From Barthelona sp. PCE (lineage: Eukaryota): DNA of 64,000 nt. The notes below the pieces were generated by a model. That model saw only the letters and a program-made list of their open reading frames with translations, had not been told where the DNA came from and searched no databases. Positions within the stretch are counted from its first letter, which is position 1; the number at the start of each line of letters is the position of its first letter. The DNA lies in contig JAUFOR010000008.1 in the NCBI GenBank assembly GCA_040285745.1, positions 62,001 to 126,000 on the forward strand, written 5' to 3'. The translations under genes and the position numbers were made by a program. Positions 59,565-64,000 of this stretch are shown here, in pieces.

Positions 59565-59880
59565 GTAAAATTACGTAAAACGAGCAGAAAAGGTTGAAAT
59601 ATACAAAACAACAAATACTCTATTCAGCAATATCTGTCACGTATAAGATGTTCAATTCTGTTTTAAATATCATTTCCATACTCAATTATTCGGAAATACG
59701 TACTCGCTCGGAATAAGTTTTTTCACCCTTTTAACGGTAATTTATCATGTTTTTTTGTTGGCAAATTTAACCTATAAACACTTTTATACCATTGAATTTG
59801 ATTGTGATTTGTTGTATTTCACTGATATTCTATTTTTTTGCAATATTTTTATCTACTGTTTTAATTTTGCATATTTTTTT

Positions 59881-60030
59881 GGTCTATGTTGGTTAAAATG
59901 TGATAAAGAACACCCACAACATAGATAATAATTGGTAATCATATATAGTACATCTACTTAAATGCAGGCTATTTCAGTTCTTGAACTATTAATGTTTTAA
60001 GCAATGAAAACCGCAAGATTCCAAACAATA
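59881..60030 (+). ncRNA. Candidate box H/ACA snoRNA
   Basis: Hairpin tctatgttg/caacataga, ANANNA hinge (AGATAA/ATAATA, 59923-59930), second hairpin ttggtaatc...gattccaa immediately followed by ACA (60025-60027). Confidence 0.45.
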
Positions 60031-60120
60031 TCGCGATTATGACTCCATAATTTCATTCAAAGTAAACAATTCACACGTTTTGAACATTATTTCCATTGCA
60101 AAACGATATTTTTATAAAAT

Positions 60121-61020
60121 ATGTCCCAGGTCACTCCCAAAGATCGTTTAAAGGAAGCTGTGTTGTCAAAGAACTTTGTTTCAGCTTGTTTTGGGCTTGT
60201 GCCATTTCTTTCTGCAACTTTATCGATAATTGCAGTACCAGTAACTCCATTTGGGATGTTCAGGGAACTGGCATGGTATTCTCATAATGTAGCGCTCAAA
60301 TTTATTATGTATTACTATGCTTTACTCATAATTCTCAAGGTTAAGTTCGGATTCAACAGAAAATTTCTTGTAGAATTGATTTCTAACGGTTCTTTCGTAT
60401 ACTTAGTAATCACTCACATTATGAGAAAGTTTGCAGTGTACAACTTTGCGTGGATGTTGGTTGTTGTAATTACTACCATATTTCATGTAACCATGCAGAC
60501 CGCTGTCTTGCTTAGCATACTGTCTCCCAGTCTTCTTCATAAGATGGAGAACAGTTTAAAGTACATCATGATGCATAAAAAAAAGTATGACAGAATTGCA
60601 ACATTTTTTGAAGTTTTGACTCTGTTTTACACATTCTGCTGTATTTTTTACAAGTTAAAATGCATCATTTTGTTCATTTTTGTATATCAAATTATAATTT
60701 TACGTTCAACTTTGCATCCAAATGTAGAATACTGGCTTCAATACTTCAAAAAGAAGAGTGATACTTTATTCTTGCGTCCTGGGTTACCGAAGTGGGTCCA
60801 TGTATCATACAACCGTGTATTTGAATGGATGGAACTGTTAGATATTAGAAAACAAGCCGAACGTCAATTGTCAAGAGGTAATCTTCCAGTAGTACCCGTT
60901 CAACCTGTTCAACCAGTAGCAACAACACAAGATCAAGAAGATGTTCTCTCAGGTGAAGAAGAAGAATCAGAATATATGAAGGCTGTTCCAGAAAGCGACA
61001 GTGAAGACAAGTGTGAATAA
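60121..61020 (+). CDS. TMEM33/Pom33-like membrane protein
   Basis: Multi-TM protein; S..YL, IFH..., 'F....D.LF..P.LP.W' tail pattern. Confidence 0.55.
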   Translation: MSQVTPKDRLKEAVLSKNFVSACFGLVPFLSATLSIIAVPVTPFGMFRELAWYSHNVALKFIMYYYALLIILKVKFGFNRKFLVELISNGSFVYLVITHIMRKFAVYNFAWMLVVVITTIFHVTMQTAVLLSILSPSLLHKMENSLKYIMMHKKKYDRIATFFEVLTLFYTFCCIFYKLKCIILFIFVYQIIILRSTLHPNVEYWLQYFKKKSDTLFLRPGLPKWVHVSYNRVFEWMELLDIRKQAERQLSRGNLPVVPVQPVQPVATTQDQEDVLSGEEEESEYMKAVPESDSEDKCE

Positions 61021-61022
61021 AA

Positions 61023-61787
61023 TTATTTTAATTTAATTCTACGTGGAAAAACAAAGTCACAATGTGTTTTCTCAGCCTTGAAACTTGATTTTGAAGGTGT
61101 CATACACTCTCTTTGCAATAAAAGTTTGTAATCGGAACGAAGTTTGTGATCAAAATGTCTCTTCTCGGCTGCATTCCAAGATTGATACTCTCTGTACATT
61201 TTATCTGTGATATATGCAGTAAAATGAAGATTACTTGCTTTTGAACCGACTGGAATAAGATCTATGGAGATTGTATTTGCATAACCAGGTGTTTCAGAAA
61301 ATACATATGCTGTAGCTCTGTCTCTGGTCGAAACAGCCAATACAACCCCAAAAAGTACACCTAATAATAGTAATATATAAAAATTAGGAGCAAACATAAC
61401 TCCCTTATTACTATTTCTCTCACGTTGCTCCGCCAAGCTGCGCATATATTCATGCTCCAGACCAAATTTCTTCAGGAGATCTTCCATACTACTGAATTCC
61501 ATAGTAGTATGATGGTAAACAAAGCCATGAAGAGGGTTTGAAGGAATATCCATTGAATGATTGTATTTCTCTCGTTCTTCTTTATCTGAAAGAGTTTTGT
61601 AAGCATCATTGATGATGAAGCACGCTTTCTTTGCGTTTTCTGCTCTATTTCGATCAGGATGAACTGTTCTTACCAATTTAACAAATGCTGAACGAATTTC
61701 ACCCTCTGTACAACCTCTCTCAAGTCCTAGTGCATCGTAAAAGTTACTAGACTCCACAATTCGATCACAAATATTGCAAGTTGTCAT
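61023..61787 (-). CDS. Membrane-anchored J-domain protein (DNAJB12/14-like)
   Basis: FYDALG, VHPDRN (HPD), AYKTLSD..R..Y; single TM; C-terminal Cys pair. Confidence 0.85.
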   Translation of the reverse strand: MTTCNICDRIVESSNFYDALGLERGCTEGEIRSAFVKLVRTVHPDRNRAENAKKACFIINDAYKTLSDKEEREKYNHSMDIPSNPLHGFVYHHTTMEFSSMEDLLKKFGLEHEYMRSLAEQRERNSNKGVMFAPNFYILLLLGVLFGVVLAVSTRDRATAYVFSETPGYANTISIDLIPVGSKASNLHFTAYITDKMYREYQSWNAAEKRHFDHKLRSDYKLLLQRECMTPSKSSFKAEKTHCDFVFPRRIKLK

Positions 61788-61814
61788 GAAAAAGGATTAA
61801 AAATTTCTAACGTT

Positions 61815-64000
61815 TTATTGTTTGGGTAACCTACTTGTTACTGCGATTGGAACTGAGCTGTTTGTGTCTCTGAGTGCAAGTCCTAATGTCCTAACCACAC
61901 TCTGACCTCTTAACAACTGATTCTTCACAAATTCTTTTTGCCGTTCAATTCTATGTTTGTTTGCATAAAAAGGAATATCAAGAGCACTTATTTCGTCTGT
62001 GTTACAGAAACAAGTGAGTTTTTCATCTGATAAGCACTGTTCATGTGTGAGATGACCACATTTTCTGAACAAATAGACAAAATTATCCTTTTTAACATGT
62101 TCAGAACATAAATCGCATGTCTTTCTACCATCTACAACCGTTGCTGATGTGAATCTCCTTATCTTATATAAGTTTTTAGCCATTTCATCATTCAACATCG
62201 TTCTTGAAGTTTGAATAATGCTGAGATCTTGTTCTTGCTCTGCAATCAATCCACCAATGAGGGGTGATATCATATAAGCAGGCATAGATGAACAGACACT
62301 AAAAACAAGCTCGGTAGCTTTCTTTCGACCAATGTACATACAGCTTGATTGCAACAGCATTTTTGTCAGGTTGAGAGAAACTGTGATATCGTCTCCTTTC
62401 TCATACACTTCTAATACAAGGCGTAGGAAATGTGAGAGTGCCTCAAACCACATTACATACGTAGCATGGCCAGCTGTGGATGCGAAAGAGCGCATTTGTT
62501 GAGTGTGCTCAGTCAAGAAATGTATAGTTACGTTACATAGCTGAGTACAACGGCATTTGGTCTCCACTTCAATTATAATTCCTTGATTGTTACGGTATGA
62601 TTCAATCTTAGCGAGCAAGACTTCTGCAAAATTCTTGAGAATATATTTGAGACCTTCCATAGGATCACCGCGACGTGCCATAATCAAAGCACTCGCTTTA
62701 ACAGCATTGTTATCGACCGCAATCGCAATAATCTCAGCATAATCCAATCCAATTGAGTTGATAACAACATCAAACGTTTGTACCAATTCGTAAGCCAAGT
62801 CTTTATCGTTGACAGCGGCCAGACCAAAGAGATGGAGGAATCCCTTATGTGAAACAATATATTTAGCAATAGGACATGGTATGGGAGCACCTTCAGCAAT
62901 TCTAAACACTATATCTGTATATTTCACAAGGTAACCGCGGAAAATACCAAAAATAACAAAATTAACATTATCATCCGTGCATTCAGACTTGTCAATGATG
63001 AGATCAGCCACCATCTGAGGATGTAAACCAATTATATCTTTACCGATGTTAATGGGGTCCAAGCGTATCACATCATAAAAGTGTGCCTTAATGAATGAAA
63101 TCACAGGCTTGTATCTTTCTTCAATAGCAGCTAAAATGTTATTGACTAGACTAAATTTCGATGGAAATATGAGCTCCTTGGTTCCTGATATAATCTCAAG
63201 GAATGAAGGACACTGCATAAGTTTGAAGAGATAATCATAGAAACCAAGCTGATACGACAAACGAGTCGCAATATCAATGAGCGTACACTTGATTATTTCC
63301 AGAGAATCTACTGATTCGTTCGCCTCGATCAGATGGAACAAGCAGTCAAAAACTTTAGATATATCACAATCAGTGAGCAGTGTGTGGTCAACATAGTACA
63401 AAAGACATATTGCACAAACTGCGAGATTGCCATCTGTTAGACACTTGTTTAGAAGACGTGTTATAACGTTGGGCTTCACAAAACTGGCAATGTTCTCAGT
63501 AGTAAGTACATCGTGCAACAACAAACGACACATTATCACAGCGGCAAGAGGAACGGTCCTTTCCACGTTGGAGAGTGACGCAATAAAGTCGATTGTCTCG
63601 ATAATTGGGGAGTTAGCAATGTGGTAACATGCAAGTGATGAGATAAGTGATTCTGGCAATATAGAAAGCGCTTGTGGTGCAAGTAATACACTTGCTGAAG
63701 CGTCGAAATGTCCACGAACAATACTTTCGAGAACACGACCATAATGCAGAGAATTTTCAACCAACTTACCGGTGAGAACATTCACCAAGAAATTCAACTT
63801 TGAAGGTACATCTGGATCAATCTCTAATGAATCCAACGTTATGATAAAATTGTATGCCTCTCTGAAAAGGCTGTTTTCAACTAATATCGTCAATAAAGAC
63901 AGTAATTGAAGCTTTTCAATATCAGCAAAGTGTGTCAGATCAATGAAATCGATGAGCCAGTGCATTTGAGCAGGCTGCAACATGGAGAATAACTTTAACA
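61815..64000 (-). CDS. Vps8-like (CORVET/HOPS-type) subunit, C-terminal part; 5' end probably outside the window
   Basis: Alpha-solenoid followed by RING (CDLC...CGHLTHEQC...C.C); frame is open to the window edge. Confidence 0.6.
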   Translation of the reverse strand, partial: LKLFSMLQPAQMHWLIDFIDLTHFADIEKLQLLSLLTILVENSLFREAYNFIITLDSLEIDPDVPSKLNFLVNVLTGKLVENSLHYGRVLESIVRGHFDASASVLLAPQALSILPESLISSLACYHIANSPIIETIDFIASLSNVERTVPLAAVIMCRLLLHDVLTTENIASFVKPNVITRLLNKCLTDGNLAVCAICLLYYVDHTLLTDCDISKVFDCLFHLIEANESVDSLEIIKCTLIDIATRLSYQLGFYDYLFKLMQCPSFLEIISGTKELIFPSKFSLVNNILAAIEERYKPVISFIKAHFYDVIRLDPINIGKDIIGLHPQMVADLIIDKSECTDDNVNFVIFGIFRGYLVKYTDIVFRIAEGAPIPCPIAKYIVSHKGFLHLFGLAAVNDKDLAYELVQTFDVVINSIGLDYAEIIAIAVDNNAVKASALIMARRGDPMEGLKYILKNFAEVLLAKIESYRNNQGIIIEVETKCRCTQLCNVTIHFLTEHTQQMRSFASTAGHATYVMWFEALSHFLRLVLEVYEKGDDITVSLNLTKMLLQSSCMYIGRKKATELVFSVCSSMPAYMISPLIGGLIAEQEQDLSIIQTSRTMLNDEMAKNLYKIRRFTSATVVDGRKTCDLCSEHVKKDNFVYLFRKCGHLTHEQCLSDEKLTCFCNTDEISALDIPFYANKHRIERQKEFVKNQLLRGQSVVRTLGLALRDTNSSVPIAVTSRLPKQ

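Noticed and set aside
1-64000. Reassigned genetic code (TAA/TAG = Gln as in hexamitids and ciliates)
   Set aside because: Conserved genes end at TAA, TAG or TGA at the expected positions and have no internal stops
1-64000. Prokaryotic operons, CRISPR arrays, rRNA or tRNA genes
   Set aside because: Gene content is eukaryotic; no regularly spaced repeats or conserved rRNA/tRNA motifs were recognised by eye

Overview
Gene-dense, AT-rich nuclear DNA from a flagellated single-celled eukaryote. It uses the standard genetic code, has about 40 mostly intronless genes and has very short intergenic gaps. The intron signals and several bacterial-type metabolic genes suggest a metamonad-like or anaerobic protist (inference only). 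Genes include Mcm10, UAP56/Sub2, deoxyhypusine synthase, Rpf2, TAF7, PARN, Pol eta, Vps35, Vps34, a Vps8-like protein, PDI, lipin, FEX, ciliary proteins (CEP78, CFAP53, IFT22, FAM228-like, RIIa-domain) and bacterial-type genes (MTA/SAH nucleosidase, CBS-DRTGG family II pyrophosphatase, UMF1-like MFS). The main finding is a complete 4,107-bp hAT-type DNA transposon (24051-28157) with perfect 117-bp terminal inverted repeats, an 8-bp target-site duplication and an oversized ~1,220-aa transposase. It is inserted inside an otherwise intact GH31 alpha-glucosidase gene, and its right TIR carries an in-frame branch-point/acceptor-like motif. Also found: two ~67-68 nt spliceosomal introns missed by the ORF track, both with fixed branch-point-to-AG spacing, and several structured ncRNA candidates in the larger intergenic gaps. 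No rRNA, tRNA or CRISPR was recognised. All family assignments come from motif recognition by eye, not from database searches.
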